Numbered from the stretch's first letter, positions 10,901 to 20,922 are shown. The stretch is DNA of 64,000 nucleotides from Candidatus Bathyarchaeota archaeon (GCA_963780185.1 CAWABA010000011.1:192001-256000); one strand, 5' to 3'. Program-made: numbers and translations. Notes: generated by a model from the sequence alone, not told the origin.

Positions 10901-10993
10901 TTATGGAAAGCACGCGTCAATTGCCAAGAGCCAATCCGTAAGATCGGCGTTTTTAGTCTTCGCTTGCTTTTTGCTATTTATCTGTCCCTTCAC
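10901..10993 (-). CDS. Putative 30-aa peptide MKGQINSKKQAKTKNADLTDWLLAIDACFP
   Basis: GTG start preceded by GAGGGG at 5 nt; not in the ORF track. Confidence 0.35.
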   Translation of the reverse strand: MKGQINSKKQAKTKNADLTDWLLAIDACFP

Positions 10994-11027
10994 ATTTTCC
11001 CCTCAAATACCATTTGTTTCTCCATGT

Positions 11028-11144
11028 TTAGACATGGTTGAAGTACCATGGAATTTCTTGGTTTGCACGCTGTTTCTTCGCTTTTTTCTTCTGCATGGAC
11101 TTCCAATGGAACCTTCTGCTTTTTGCCTTATTTGCACTGCCCAA
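11028..11144 (-). CDS. Putative 38-aa basic peptide MGSANKAKSRRFHWKSMQKKKAKKQRANQEIPWYFNHV
   Basis: TTG start with a TATA-like CTATATAG 25-32 nt upstream; not in the ORF track. Confidence 0.4.
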   Translation of the reverse strand: MGSANKAKSRRFHWKSMQKKKAKKQRANQEIPWYFNHV

Positions 11145-11181
11145 ATAGTATATAGAGAACAACTTATTCTATATAGAAAAA

Positions 11182-12108
11182 TCAGCTTTCCAGAACGGTT
11201 TTCGCTAATCTAACCTTATCTTCCAGACCCTTCATCACGGTATCCGTCATCTTCACGTCGATCCCGATCTTCTCAATACGACCTTTTTCATCGGCGTCCT
11301 TGACGTCAATTACAAAGGCATCAAGAAAATCCTCGTAAAGCTTCGCAACGGAAAAGGCTGAAACCTCAAAGCCTAACCCATGCATAAGTTTGTCGGCGGG
11401 TCCTTTAATGGGGGCGCCGTTCACTATGGGGCTGACTCCGACGATTTTTGCCTTTGTCTTTCTCAACGCGTCCCTGATGCCGTCAACCGCCAGTATGCTG
11501 CCTATGCTGACTATTGGGTTGCTTGGGCAAACCACAACCATCTCCGCGTTTAAGATTGCATTGACAGCTTTTGGGGCGGCTTTCGCTTGGGCGGAGCCGA
11601 CGAACTCGACGCCTAAAACGTTGTCTTTAGCTTGTCTCTTCACAAAATAATCTTCAAAATGAATCAGGTCGTTCTCGATTTTTATCCAGGTCTCAAACTT
11701 GTCATCCGTCATAGGCAAAATGTTAGCTTTGACTCCTAAGCGTCGGCTTATTTCTTCGGTAACATTTGAAAGGGTGAATCCTTGGCGTAGCAAATCTGTC
11801 CTGAAGATGTGTGTGGCGAAATCTCTGTCGCCTATGCTGAACCATGTTTCTAAACCCATTTTTCTGAGCGTTTCGAGGCATTGGAAAGTGTCGCCTTTTA
11901 TTCCCCACCCCTTCTCGTCGTCAACGATGCCCGCTAAAGTGTAGGACACGATGTCGATGTCTGGCGAAATATGCAAGCCGAACATCTCCATGTCGTCGCC
12001 AGTGTTAACAATAACCGACAAATCTTCTTCTTTCACAAGCTTAGTTAAGCCAGTTAGAAATCTTGCTGCTCCAACCCCGCCCGCTAAAGCTGTAATCATA
12101 AGTTTCAC
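11182..12108 (-). CDS. cofD: 2-phospho-L-lactate transferase (F420 biosynthesis)
   Basis: LAGGVGAARF, VNTGDD, ISPDID, WFSIGDRD, CPSNPIVSI, IKGPA. Confidence 0.95.
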   Translation of the reverse strand: MKLMITALAGGVGAARFLTGLTKLVKEEDLSVIVNTGDDMEMFGLHISPDIDIVSYTLAGIVDDEKGWGIKGDTFQCLETLRKMGLETWFSIGDRDFATHIFRTDLLRQGFTLSNVTEEISRRLGVKANILPMTDDKFETWIKIENDLIHFEDYFVKRQAKDNVLGVEFVGSAQAKAAPKAVNAILNAEMVVVCPSNPIVSIGSILAVDGIRDALRKTKAKIVGVSPIVNGAPIKGPADKLMHGLGFEVSAFSVAKLYEDFLDAFVIDVKDADEKGRIEKIGIDVKMTDTVMKGLEDKVRLAKTVLES

Positions 12109-12118
12109 AACGCCAAAA

Positions 12119-12583
12119 CTAGTGGTTATGTTTCTCTGAAACCCAGTATTCGTCGGCGGCGCCTTTTTTGTTGACTACGCGTTCTTTTTTGAAGATTGGT
12201 GCTTCGCTTTTGTATCTCTCAACGGCTTCTCGCAAAACCGTGAACACTTCTGGTCGATGGGAGCCAGCAACCGCAACGTAAACCAAGTCGTCTCCAACGT
12301 TGAATTCGCCCAGTAAATGGTGAATTTGAACGTTAACTATGCCGGGTTTCTTGGTTAAGTCATCGCATATTTTGCCGAGAACTTGGTCGGCTTTTTCTTC
12401 GTAAGCTTCAAGATGCAGCTTCTCAACCTTTTGGCCTTCAACCGTGTCGCCTCGCACTACCCCGATGAAAAGCCCTATCGCGCCCGCTTTAGGGTAGTTC
12501 GGATCCTTTTTGATGTTGTCAATAGCATCTTGGACGGTGAAGCTTCCTTTCTGGTGGACTCCTGCTTTTGCCGACAAATACAA
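12119..12583 (-). CDS. moaE: Molybdopterin synthase catalytic subunit
   Basis: GAIGLFIGVVR, LEAYEE, GSHR, APIFKKE. Confidence 0.92.
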   Translation of the reverse strand: MYLSAKAGVHQKGSFTVQDAIDNIKKDPNYPKAGAIGLFIGVVRGDTVEGQKVEKLHLEAYEEKADQVLGKICDDLTKKPGIVNVQIHHLLGEFNVGDDLVYVAVAGSHRPEVFTVLREAVERYKSEAPIFKKERVVNKKGAADEYWVSEKHNH

Positions 12584-12668
12584 CGCTCCCTAGTGTTGGT
12601 TTGAAAGTTTCTAGAATGATGTTTCTAAAGAATTTTGCCCTAAGAAGGGGCTTTGAAAATAAGGATAG

Positions 12669-13325
12669 CTATGCTTCAGCTTCTTCTACTTCAGGTGCTT
12701 CGGCTTCAGGCTCTGCCGCTGCTTCCTTTGGCAACGGCACATTCTGAGGTGCAGCCAAAAGTTTAGATTTCCTTATGCCGACGTGTCTTAGAGGTGCAAC
12801 TTCTTTTGCTTGGTTGTAAATGTCCGATGCAATCTTGCCGAGGACCATTTCTTGGACAAACTGGTCAAGCGAGAGCGCGGCTGCTTTTTCATGGATTGTT
12901 TTATCCATTATTTTGCGGATTACTTTTTCCTGTGAGGTTTTTATTCTTGAAAGTGTCAGCGCTGAAACGGCGATTCTAAGTTTGTATCCGTCTTTTGTAG
13001 TCAGGTTAATCAGCGAGTCAACTTTGGTTGTTCTTCTTCTGACTAAGCTGCGAAGATAATCCCGCGAGTACTCATGACCTTTAAAGAGTGTCTTTGCGGT
13101 TTTCGCGTCAATCTCGTTAACTTGGAAGAACATTTTCAAATAGTGATGCGAAAAATCCGCTGTTATATCGTAAAGTGTGGCTTCAACGACTCTACCGATC
13201 AGCTTTTGTGGTTCTTCAGCTGGGATGGAGCCTAACTCAACGTTGCCAAAGAAGGAAGGTGCAACGACCATGTACCATGCTTTTCCACGCCACTTATCTT
13301 TTACATGTCTCGTTTTTGAAGACAA
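12669..13325 (-). CDS. rps3ae: 30S ribosomal protein S3Ae (eS1)
   Basis: KDKWRGKAWY, GRVVEATLYD, RDYLRSLVRR. Confidence 0.96.
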   Translation of the reverse strand: MSSKTRHVKDKWRGKAWYMVVAPSFFGNVELGSIPAEEPQKLIGRVVEATLYDITADFSHHYLKMFFQVNEIDAKTAKTLFKGHEYSRDYLRSLVRRRTTKVDSLINLTTKDGYKLRIAVSALTLSRIKTSQEKVIRKIMDKTIHEKAAALSLDQFVQEMVLGKIASDIYNQAKEVAPLRHVGIRKSKLLAAPQNVPLPKEAAAEPEAEAPEVEEAEA

Positions 13326-13376
13326 ATCTATTTCTCCGAACGCGCAGTCAACATTCTCATAGAAATATTAAAAGGT

Positions 13377-14666
13377 TTACCGTTTCCTGTCAATTTTCTC
13401 TCTGTCACCCATGTACTTGCGCAAGGCAACCGGGATATTTATTGTGCCGTCTGCCTGCTGATTGTTCTCCAGCAACGCCACTATGGTTCTGCCCGTAGCG
13501 ACCGCCGTCGAATTCAAAGTGTGAACAAACCCTTTCGGCGCCGCACCTTCTTTCTCCCGGTATTTTATTCCTAGGCGTCTTGCTTGGTAATCTGTGCAGT
13601 TGCTGCACGAGACAACTTCTCGATAACCGTTTTGCGCCGGCATCCAAGCTTCAATATCGTATTTTTTGGCTGCCACCGTTCCAATGTCGCCAGTGCAAAC
13701 ATTCACAACCCGGTACGGCAACTCGAGCTTTTGAAGCAGCTCCTCAGCGTTCAAAAGCAGCTCCTCATGAAGCTTGGCTGAATCTTCGGGCTTGCAAAAT
13801 ATGAACTGCTCAATCTTGTTGAATTGGTGAGTGCGGAAGATGCCTCTTGTGTCTTTACCGTGGGCACCCGCTTCCTTCCTAAAACAGCTGCTTATTCCCG
13901 CCAGTTTTATCGGCATCTCCTGTCCTTTTAGTACCTCGTTCATGTACATTGCAGCCATCGGATGCTCAGAAGTAGCAATCAAATACAGGTCTTCATTCTC
14001 AACTTTGTAGAGCACCTCGGCAAAATCTCCCATCGCCGTCACGCCCTCGTACGCTTCACGAGTCATCAAGCAAGGCGGAACAATCGCCGAAAAACCCTTA
14101 TTCGTTAACTCTTCAATCGCAAGGTTCATCAAAGCCATATCCAGCCTCGCAACTTGGTTCTTAAGGTAGAAGAATCGGGCTCCGGAGATTTTTCCAGCCC
14201 TCTCCATGTCAATTTGGTCTAAAGCTAAAGCCAAATCAATGTGGTTCTTTACTGGAAAACCAAAAGTTGGGATTGTTCCCCAAGTTTTAACCTGCACGTT
14301 ATCTTTGTCATCTTTACCGAACGGCACAGTGTCATCCAGCAGATTTGGAAGCCGCATGAGGTAATCGCGGGTTTTCTCCTCTTGCGCTGTAACCTGTTTT
14401 TCGATGATCCCGATTTTTTCGTCAACGTCCTGCGCCCGATGAACCTCGTCGTCAGCTTCTTTGCCTGCTTTTTTGAGTTTAGCAATTTCGATGGTTACTT
14501 GTTTTCGTTGGTGGCGCATATCGTTTAGGTTAGTAAGGTTCAGCCGCCATTCCCTGTCCACTCCGATTAAGTCTTCCAGCATTTGGAGGCATTCGGGGTT
14601 GCCGCGTTTTGCCAGATTGTTTTTTACAAGTTCGGGGTTCTCTCGGATAAGCTTGATATCTAACAT
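13377..14666 (-). CDS. serS: Seryl-tRNA synthetase
   Basis: MLDIKLIREN, LIATSEH, FRKEAG, SCSNCTDYQARRL, HTLNST. Confidence 0.97.
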   Translation of the reverse strand: MLDIKLIRENPELVKNNLAKRGNPECLQMLEDLIGVDREWRLNLTNLNDMRHQRKQVTIEIAKLKKAGKEADDEVHRAQDVDEKIGIIEKQVTAQEEKTRDYLMRLPNLLDDTVPFGKDDKDNVQVKTWGTIPTFGFPVKNHIDLALALDQIDMERAGKISGARFFYLKNQVARLDMALMNLAIEELTNKGFSAIVPPCLMTREAYEGVTAMGDFAEVLYKVENEDLYLIATSEHPMAAMYMNEVLKGQEMPIKLAGISSCFRKEAGAHGKDTRGIFRTHQFNKIEQFIFCKPEDSAKLHEELLLNAEELLQKLELPYRVVNVCTGDIGTVAAKKYDIEAWMPAQNGYREVVSCSNCTDYQARRLGIKYREKEGAAPKGFVHTLNSTAVATGRTIVALLENNQQADGTINIPVALRKYMGDREKIDRKR

Positions 14667-14980
14667 GGCCGTCACACGCAAATTGGTTACTTAAGGAATT
14701 CAGCTATTTAACTTTGCAACATAAAAAGAACGGCTAAAACGGGTGACTATGCCGTATTTTCACGAGAAGTTCAGACACGCCAATTGAACGGTTAACTTTG
14801 TTGTTGATGATGATGAAGATGATGGAGTATTTTTCTTATTTCCAAAAAAGAAAGCTTAGCCATAAAAGCAAAACGAATTTACCTATTCTAATCCAAATAA
14901 TCAATGCGAGAGATTGATTAAGCCGCAGCCATAAAAAGACTTAACTCAAAACTGCTTAGCGCTGACGGTGGAAACATTCA

Positions 14981-16549
14981 ATGGCAAGCATAGAACTGGT
15001 CCTATCTGCATTCTTACTTTTGACTTTCATAGCAGCGCTTATCTCAATAAAAGTCAAGGCACCTTACACTTTGGTTTTGGTTCTAACAGGCGTCTTAATT
15101 ACCGTAATTGTAGGTTTGCTGGCGCTTCAGGGCAGCCCGATTCATGGTCCAATGCAGAACGTGATTTCGCAAATCAGGTCAATTTATGACCTGCTAATCC
15201 GAGGAGGCGGAGGCGGTCTCTACGTGGGCCTCATTGTTCCCCCGCTCATATTCGAAGCCATGATCCATATCCGCGGCAGCGACCTGAGAAGCGTCATAAA
15301 ACCGTCCCTTGCACTTGCAACGGTGGGGGTTCTCATAGCCACTGCCGTTACAGGGTTGATTTTGTGGCAAGTTGTTGGTCTCTCAATTTACGTGTCGTTT
15401 TTGTTCGCTGCTTTGATTGCGCCGACTGATGTGGTGACTGTTCTGGAAGTTTTTCGGCACGTCAAAGTTCCATCCAAACTGGCAACCCTTCTGGACACTG
15501 AAGCAAGCTTCAACGACGCAACCGCCATCATCGTCTTCACAATAATACTCTCAACCATCGGGCTTCAAAAAATAAACGTCCTCGGCTCTCTGACAAACTT
15601 CGGCTTCACTCTAGGCGCCGGAGTCTTGATCGGGCTGAGTGTTGCTTTTGCAGGAGAAGTCCTCTCGAGCTTAATCGAAGACAGGGTTGCCGAAACCATA
15701 TTGACCATCGCTGTTGTTTACGGGTCGTACGCTTTTGCATCCGGCATCGGCGCCTCTGGGTTAATTGCAGTGGCTGTTGCGGGATTGTACTTTGGCAATT
15801 TCACTATTCGAACCGCGATGGAGCCAGCGACAAGGGAAGCTGTTCAAATTTTTTGGCAAATCGCTGCCTTCTTAGGTAACTCGGTGGCTTTCCTTCTCAT
15901 CGGCTTCGAAGCCAACATCGTTACTTTTCCGCAATCGATTCTCCTCATTTTAGCGGCTTTCGTCGCGGTGACGGCGTCAAGAGCGTTCACTGTTTACCCA
16001 ATACTTGCTTTCTACCGAAAGATAAGTGGGAAAATGACGGGGGTCTGGAGCAACGTCGCTATGCTTGGCGGCGTCAGGGGCGCCCTTTCAATTGCGCTGG
16101 CGGCAACAATCACTGCCTCCGCAGTTGTTTCGGTGGCGGACCTGCACACCATAGACACGATGGTGTTCGGGGTCGCCTTTATTTCAATAATGGTTCAAGT
16201 GCCTCTGCTGTTCCGTTACGCCAAAAAAGTGATGCCTGATGTAGAAGCCTTCAAGCAAACCGAGCTTGACGACGAGTTTGCTCGACTATCCTCCTACATC
16301 GAAGAGATGCATAGACTGAGGTCAGAGGGAAGAATTTCTGAAAGTGAATTTGCGGAAAAACTCGAGGAGAGCAAATTGGAGCTGGAAAGGTTGATTGCAA
16401 AGTCGCATGTGACAGTTGAAACAAGAAAGATAATTCGAGCCAGAGCCTCGATTCTTTTCCCGCGTTTGCCAAAAACAACTAAGCGAAAACAAAAGGCAGA
16501 CGTCAACGAGGAATCAAATTCGCCACCCGAACCAGATGACAACAAGTAG
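14981..16549 (+). CDS. Na+/H+ antiporter, CPA1/NhaP family
   Basis: PPLIFEA, APTDVVTV, EASFND, GGVRGALS. Confidence 0.92.
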   Translation: MASIELVLSAFLLLTFIAALISIKVKAPYTLVLVLTGVLITVIVGLLALQGSPIHGPMQNVISQIRSIYDLLIRGGGGGLYVGLIVPPLIFEAMIHIRGSDLRSVIKPSLALATVGVLIATAVTGLILWQVVGLSIYVSFLFAALIAPTDVVTVLEVFRHVKVPSKLATLLDTEASFNDATAIIVFTIILSTIGLQKINVLGSLTNFGFTLGAGVLIGLSVAFAGEVLSSLIEDRVAETILTIAVVYGSYAFASGIGASGLIAVAVAGLYFGNFTIRTAMEPATREAVQIFWQIAAFLGNSVAFLLIGFEANIVTFPQSILLILAAFVAVTASRAFTVYPILAFYRKISGKMTGVWSNVAMLGGVRGALSIALAATITASAVVSVADLHTIDTMVFGVAFISIMVQVPLLFRYAKKVMPDVEAFKQTELDDEFARLSSYIEEMHRLRSEGRISESEFAEKLEESKLELERLIAKSHVTVETRKIIRARASILFPRLPKTTKRKQKADVNEESNSPPEPDDNK

Positions 16550-16649
16550 CCTCAATTGAGCGTTCTTTGAATTTCTAAAATTTAATTGCGTTGAATAATC
16601 AAAAAATAGAAGAAGGTTTAGATTTGGTTTCCTTGTTTTTGTGTCGGTT

Positions 16650-16937
16650 TTACTTTTTGCTTAGGGTTATCTCCATTGTGGAAACCATTCTGGATTTGCT
16701 TTCTCCCTCTCGTGGCGGCATCTCTACTGTTCCTATCGCGATTTTTGCAACTTTGAGTTCTTTGATGAATCGGTTTCTTGTTATTTCGGCGACGTCGACA
16801 GCGGTGGTTATGGCTTGGCCTCGTGCTTTCAAGGTTATTTCACTCAGGTTGCTTTGGGAGAGGCTTGTTATGATTGCCAGAACATAGCTCATCGGAGGTT
16901 TATTTCCCACAAAGATAACATCTGCATTTTCAGTCAT
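16650..16937 (-). CDS. albA: DNA/RNA-binding protein Alba
   Basis: IFVGNKPPMSYVLA, LKARGQAITTAVDVAE. Confidence 0.96.
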   Translation of the reverse strand: MTENADVIFVGNKPPMSYVLAIITSLSQSNLSEITLKARGQAITTAVDVAEITRNRFIKELKVAKIAIGTVEMPPREGESKSRMVSTMEITLSKK

Positions 16938-17163
16938 TTTATTTTACTCCTTTATAGTGGTTTGCTCTATGTAACGATCCGTTACTTGCGTTTGCTTCGT
17001 AACGAAACGTTGACCCCAACTAACATGGTTCTTGCTTATAAGCCCATTGAATAGAACAGTTTACGATGCTAAAAACGACGCAACATCAACTAGTGCAAGC
17101 AGCAAAACGGGAAAGGCTTTTCTACAGCCAACCCATAATGAGCTTTAACACCCCAATCAAGCC

Positions 17164-17802
17164 GTGAGTAACCTATTGCTGACTAAACTAAAGAAAAGGG
17201 TTCAAGAAATGCTGACGTCGGAGGCAAAAGCCGCTCACAGAGTAGGTTTAACCCCCAACAAAGTAAGCCTCATCGGCTTCATTCTCGCTTTCGCTTCAGC
17301 TGCCGCCTACGGGTTGGCGCAAAACCATCCTTGGCTTTTGTTGCTGGCAACGCTTTTTCTTTTGGCTTCAGGATTCTGCGATACCCTTGACGGAATCATA
17401 GCCAGAACTTTCCAGCAAGTAACCGTTTTCGGAGGCTTCTTCGATTCAGTTCTCGACAGGTATGCAGACGCAATAGTCTTCGCCGCCATAATAATCGCTG
17501 GCCTATGTAATGCTGCTTGGGGTACATTTTGGGGTTCGGTGTGGGCTTTGGCAGCTTTGGCTGGTTCTTTGCTGGTAAGTTACACTCGTGCAAGAGCTGA
17601 AGCTGTAGGCTTAAAAATGGAGTCGGTTGGGCTTGCGGAACGGGCAGAACGCATGCTTATTTTAGCAGTCTTCAGCGTGGTCGGGTTTTTCTGGTTGCCT
17701 GCGTTTGGTTACGGTGTAGCCTTGTTGGCGGTGCTTTCAAACTTTACAGTTATACAAAGAGCCTTGTATGTATACAAGGAGTTAAAGAAAAAAGCAGTTT
17801 AG
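17164..17802 (+). CDS. pgsA: CDP-alcohol phosphatidyltransferase (archaetidylinositol phosphate synthase-like)
   Basis: DTLDGIIAR..GGFFDSVLDRYAD, VSYTRARAE, ERAER. Confidence 0.9.
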   Translation: MSNLLLTKLKKRVQEMLTSEAKAAHRVGLTPNKVSLIGFILAFASAAAYGLAQNHPWLLLLATLFLLASGFCDTLDGIIARTFQQVTVFGGFFDSVLDRYADAIVFAAIIIAGLCNAAWGTFWGSVWALAALAGSLLVSYTRARAEAVGLKMESVGLAERAERMLILAVFSVVGFFWLPAFGYGVALLAVLSNFTVIQRALYVYKELKKKAV

Positions 17803-17806
17803 TTAC

Positions 17807-18100
17807 TTAGTATCTTCTTCGGGGCGCTCGTGAGTGACGTTCGCTTTCGGCTCGTACGTTGACTATTCCACGGTGTACGGCGCACGATATGCAGTAGTAT
17901 TTTGTGTCTACCCATGAAGCCAGAAAAGTGCCTTTTTGCCTGAGTTCCTTAGCTAACTGAGGTTCAACAAACGACACACGGCGAGTAGATCTCTTTGCCT
18001 TGTCACGTGGCACCTGTGCTCCGCAGTTTGCGCATTGTACAAGGCTGCCGCTTCCTTTGCTTCCTTTTGATCTTCCTCGGCTTTTTCGTTTAGATGGCAA
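17807..18100 (-). CDS. rps26e: 30S ribosomal protein S26e
   Basis: CANCG..VPRDKA, YCISCAVH. Confidence 0.96.
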   Translation of the reverse strand: MPSKRKSRGRSKGSKGSGSLVQCANCGAQVPRDKAKRSTRRVSFVEPQLAKELRQKGTFLASWVDTKYYCISCAVHRGIVNVRAESERHSRAPRRRY

Positions 18101-18149
18101 TTATTTTTAACCTCTTTCCTCTATTTTTCACATTATGGTCTAAACTATC

Positions 18150-19037
18150 TTATATATCTGCTCTTAACTTTAAGAGCGAAGCGACGTTTGCTTCCCGATT
18201 TATCAAAGGAACAATTTTTCCGCCCGGCGACGTCATCAAAGTTGTAACTCCCGGTCCATGCCCAGCTGTGACACAATTCGAATGGATGACCACGCCGACT
18301 GAAACAGCGCCTTGACGGTAAATCCTTCCAAACGAGTGGTCCGCATCAACGATGGCTACCAAATCGCCAAGCCTCAAGCTCTCCAACTCGTACTGGTCAA
18401 CAATCGTTTTATCGAACAATTGTATGTCGTAGTCTCCCGAGTTAACTTGGTTTGCGCCTAGGCCTGAACCCATGATGGCGGCTGGAATAACATGCGTGAC
18501 AGGCACCAAAAGCTTGTCTTCTTTGGGCTGCGGATTCCACACTGCAAGCAACGCGGGGTCCAGATTGAAGATTTTAATTTCTGGAAAATCAACCAACTTC
18601 AAACCTGTGCCGAAGGCTTTCACCAGCACTCTGTCTCCCAGCACAAGCTTTTCTAAAATGCCTGAGGGAAAATCAACCAGCACATGCTCAATTCCACCAT
18701 GCTTTCCCGTGACAACTCCCTTAGCGCCTTTACCGTCGCCGTTAACAACGGTTGCTTCATTTCCCACGCATGACAACACATTGAACGCCGTGTTAGCCGC
18801 CTGCCCCGACCGCGCGTCGTTTTCCTTGTTTTCCACGCTGACGCCTGGTTCCACATGGTCAGCTTCCCAACCGCACGCTGGGTCGCCGACTCTAAGATTA
18901 TAGGTTATGCCACCTACGCCTGGCAGCACAAGCGGTTGCCCCGTTGCGGTGACAGTGTAGACTGACCTAATGGTTGGGCTAGCTATTTCGCCCATAACTG
19001 AGATTTTTATGAGTTTTTCCGCATTTGTCTTAAGCAT
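18150..19037 (-). CDS. DUF4438-family protein
   Basis: LPGVGGITYN, DHVEPGVS, GKHGGIEHV, MGSGLG, GDYDI, GHGPGVT. Confidence 0.8.
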   Translation of the reverse strand: MLKTNAEKLIKISVMGEIASPTIRSVYTVTATGQPLVLPGVGGITYNLRVGDPACGWEADHVEPGVSVENKENDARSGQAANTAFNVLSCVGNEATVVNGDGKGAKGVVTGKHGGIEHVLVDFPSGILEKLVLGDRVLVKAFGTGLKLVDFPEIKIFNLDPALLAVWNPQPKEDKLLVPVTHVIPAAIMGSGLGANQVNSGDYDIQLFDKTIVDQYELESLRLGDLVAIVDADHSFGRIYRQGAVSVGVVIHSNCVTAGHGPGVTTLMTSPGGKIVPLINREANVASLLKLRADI

Positions 19038-19291
19038 AAATAGTTTCCCCCTTGCGCCACTATTCTCAAGTGCTGGAGCATCTAATAAAACTTCATAGCC
19101 CACCCACTAACTTTACACACTTGCGCCTTACGAGTTTTTTCTTTCAATATTGCGACGATATCACTGAGAGGCAATTTGTGCTGTTTAACCAGTTGAACCC
19201 GTCAAAAACCAGCAAGTTAGCGATAGATGTTAAAAAGGATACTCAAGAGGCACTGCAGGCGGAACTAGTTCTGCCTCTAGGAAAGGGGAGT

Positions 19292-20023
19292 TTATTGGAT
19301 TACGATTTCAAGCGGCGGTGTTTGTAGAAGAACTGTATGATAGTTAGGTTGAGTGGGATCTCCAATGCCCATCTCAACTGTTGAAACAATGTAGTATATT
19401 CCTGCTGAAACTGGCGGATTGCTGAACAGATTCAAGTTGTTATCCAGATGCCAAATGTCACTGAGTGTCATGTTACCTCCAGAACTAACATTATAAAAAT
19501 ATGTTGGCATGACCGGATGTACTCCGTATCGACCGTCATAGACCACAGTCCATTTGCTGTTGTAAACTTGAAGGTAATAAGACGATGAACTAGTAGAGAA
19601 TTCAGTTGTTTGGTTGCCGATGTTGGTTAATACATATGTCGCATCAACTTGTTCTCCGAGGCTGTAAACAGTCTTTGGAATAGAAAATGTAAGTTCGAGA
19701 CTGCCATTAACGGTTGTTGCTTCCGTTTGAGTTGGAATAGGAACTGACGTTGGGGTTGGAGTTGGTGATTCTGTTGGTGCGGGTGTCGATTTTGTTGTTG
19801 GAGAAGCTGTGGGACTTGGGGTTGGTAATGAATTCGGATGTGTAGATTGAGTTGGAGTTACGGTCGGAAAAGTTGTTTGGGTCATGGTTTGTGAAGTTTC
19901 TGAGTTATTTGTGATTGGCACAAGAGCAAATGCTGAAAGTGCCGAGATTGTGATTACTATCGCCGCCAATGTTGCAATCACTAACTTGGCAGTGTTCTTC
20001 ACTGAGTTCACCAATAGACCCAT
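19292..20023 (-). CDS. Membrane-anchored or secreted protein with Thr/Pro linker and beta-rich C-terminal domain
   Basis: N-terminal hydrophobic helix, TPTPT-rich linker, KTVYSLGEQV..LTNIGN Ig-like start. Confidence 0.75.
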   Translation of the reverse strand: MGLLVNSVKNTAKLVIATLAAIVITISALSAFALVPITNNSETSQTMTQTTFPTVTPTQSTHPNSLPTPSPTASPTTKSTPAPTESPTPTPTSVPIPTQTEATTVNGSLELTFSIPKTVYSLGEQVDATYVLTNIGNQTTEFSTSSSSYYLQVYNSKWTVVYDGRYGVHPVMPTYFYNVSSGGNMTLSDIWHLDNNLNLFSNPPVSAGIYYIVSTVEMGIGDPTQPNYHTVLLQTPPLEIVIQ

Positions 20024-20282
20024 GATTGGACAAAATACTTAAGTTTTATCCCAGTTTCAAAAAAAGGATGATTATGGGTTTAGCCCCACCACAAATAGTA
20101 GGCTGTTATAGTTGAGCTCCAGCCCATGTCTATTGCTTGTCCATTGTTGTATCAAAGAAAGCGACAAGAACAGTACAATCTGTTTAGTGGCTAAGATTCC
20201 AAGTAAGTAAATCTTAAATTATGCGCCTCTTTATTGTTCCGTTGGAAGTTAAGCCTCCTAAATTGTCGGATGTGAAATTTCA

Positions 20283-20864
20283 ATGTCTGAGATTGGATTA
20301 AGAACAAAAATGCTAGTTCGAGACGTAATGAGCAGCCCAGTCATAACTATGGATGAAGACGCAGCTTCTAACCTTGCCGCCGCCGCCATGGATAAGAACG
20401 ATTTAGGGTGCATAATCGTTGTTAACAAGGCTGGACAATCAATCGGGATAATCACGGAGCGGGATTTGGTTGTTAGGGTTTTATCGAAGAACCTTAAGCC
20501 TGACACGGTGAAAGCAAAACAAATCATGACCACCCCTCTGGTTACCATTGAACCCGACGCCACAATCAGCGAAGCCGCGAGAAGAATGAATAGGCTGGAC
20601 ATCAGGAGGCTCGGCGTCATCTACAAGGGCAACCTTGTCGGCATAATCACCGCTAAAGACGTCTTAGGCGTCATGCCTGAACTCATCGAGATTATTCAGG
20701 AAAGGTCACGCATCGAAGGCGAAGACCGCACCGAAGAAGAAGGCGAAGAGGTTCCGCTCTCAGGATACTGCGAACGTTGCAACGTTTACTCGGAAAGCCT
20801 CAAAGAACGCAACGGACAAAACATCTGCGACGAATGCCGCATCGAACTGGAACAAGAAAAGTAA
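20283..20864 (+). CDS. CBS-pair protein with C-terminal zinc ribbon
   Basis: VRDVMSSPV, GIITERDL, IMTTPLVT; CERC...CDEC. Confidence 0.9.
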   Translation: MSEIGLRTKMLVRDVMSSPVITMDEDAASNLAAAAMDKNDLGCIIVVNKAGQSIGIITERDLVVRVLSKNLKPDTVKAKQIMTTPLVTIEPDATISEAARRMNRLDIRRLGVIYKGNLVGIITAKDVLGVMPELIEIIQERSRIEGEDRTEEEGEEVPLSGYCERCNVYSESLKERNGQNICDECRIELEQEK

Positions 20865-20922
20865 AGCATCAAAGCTTGTTTTAGCTTCATTTCTTTTGGT
20901 TACGGATGTTTTTTGAGAATTA

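Noticed and set aside
10866-11213. 115-aa plus-strand ORF from the track
   Set aside because: Phe-rich antisense shadow of A-rich minus-strand micro-ORFs
14720-14863. Ser-rich leader-peptide attenuator for serS (minus frame TPSSSSSSTT, followed by a hairpin and T-tract)
   Set aside because: The Ser frame has no start codon unless an extra T is assumed, and serS has its own TATA-like element downstream of the hairpin
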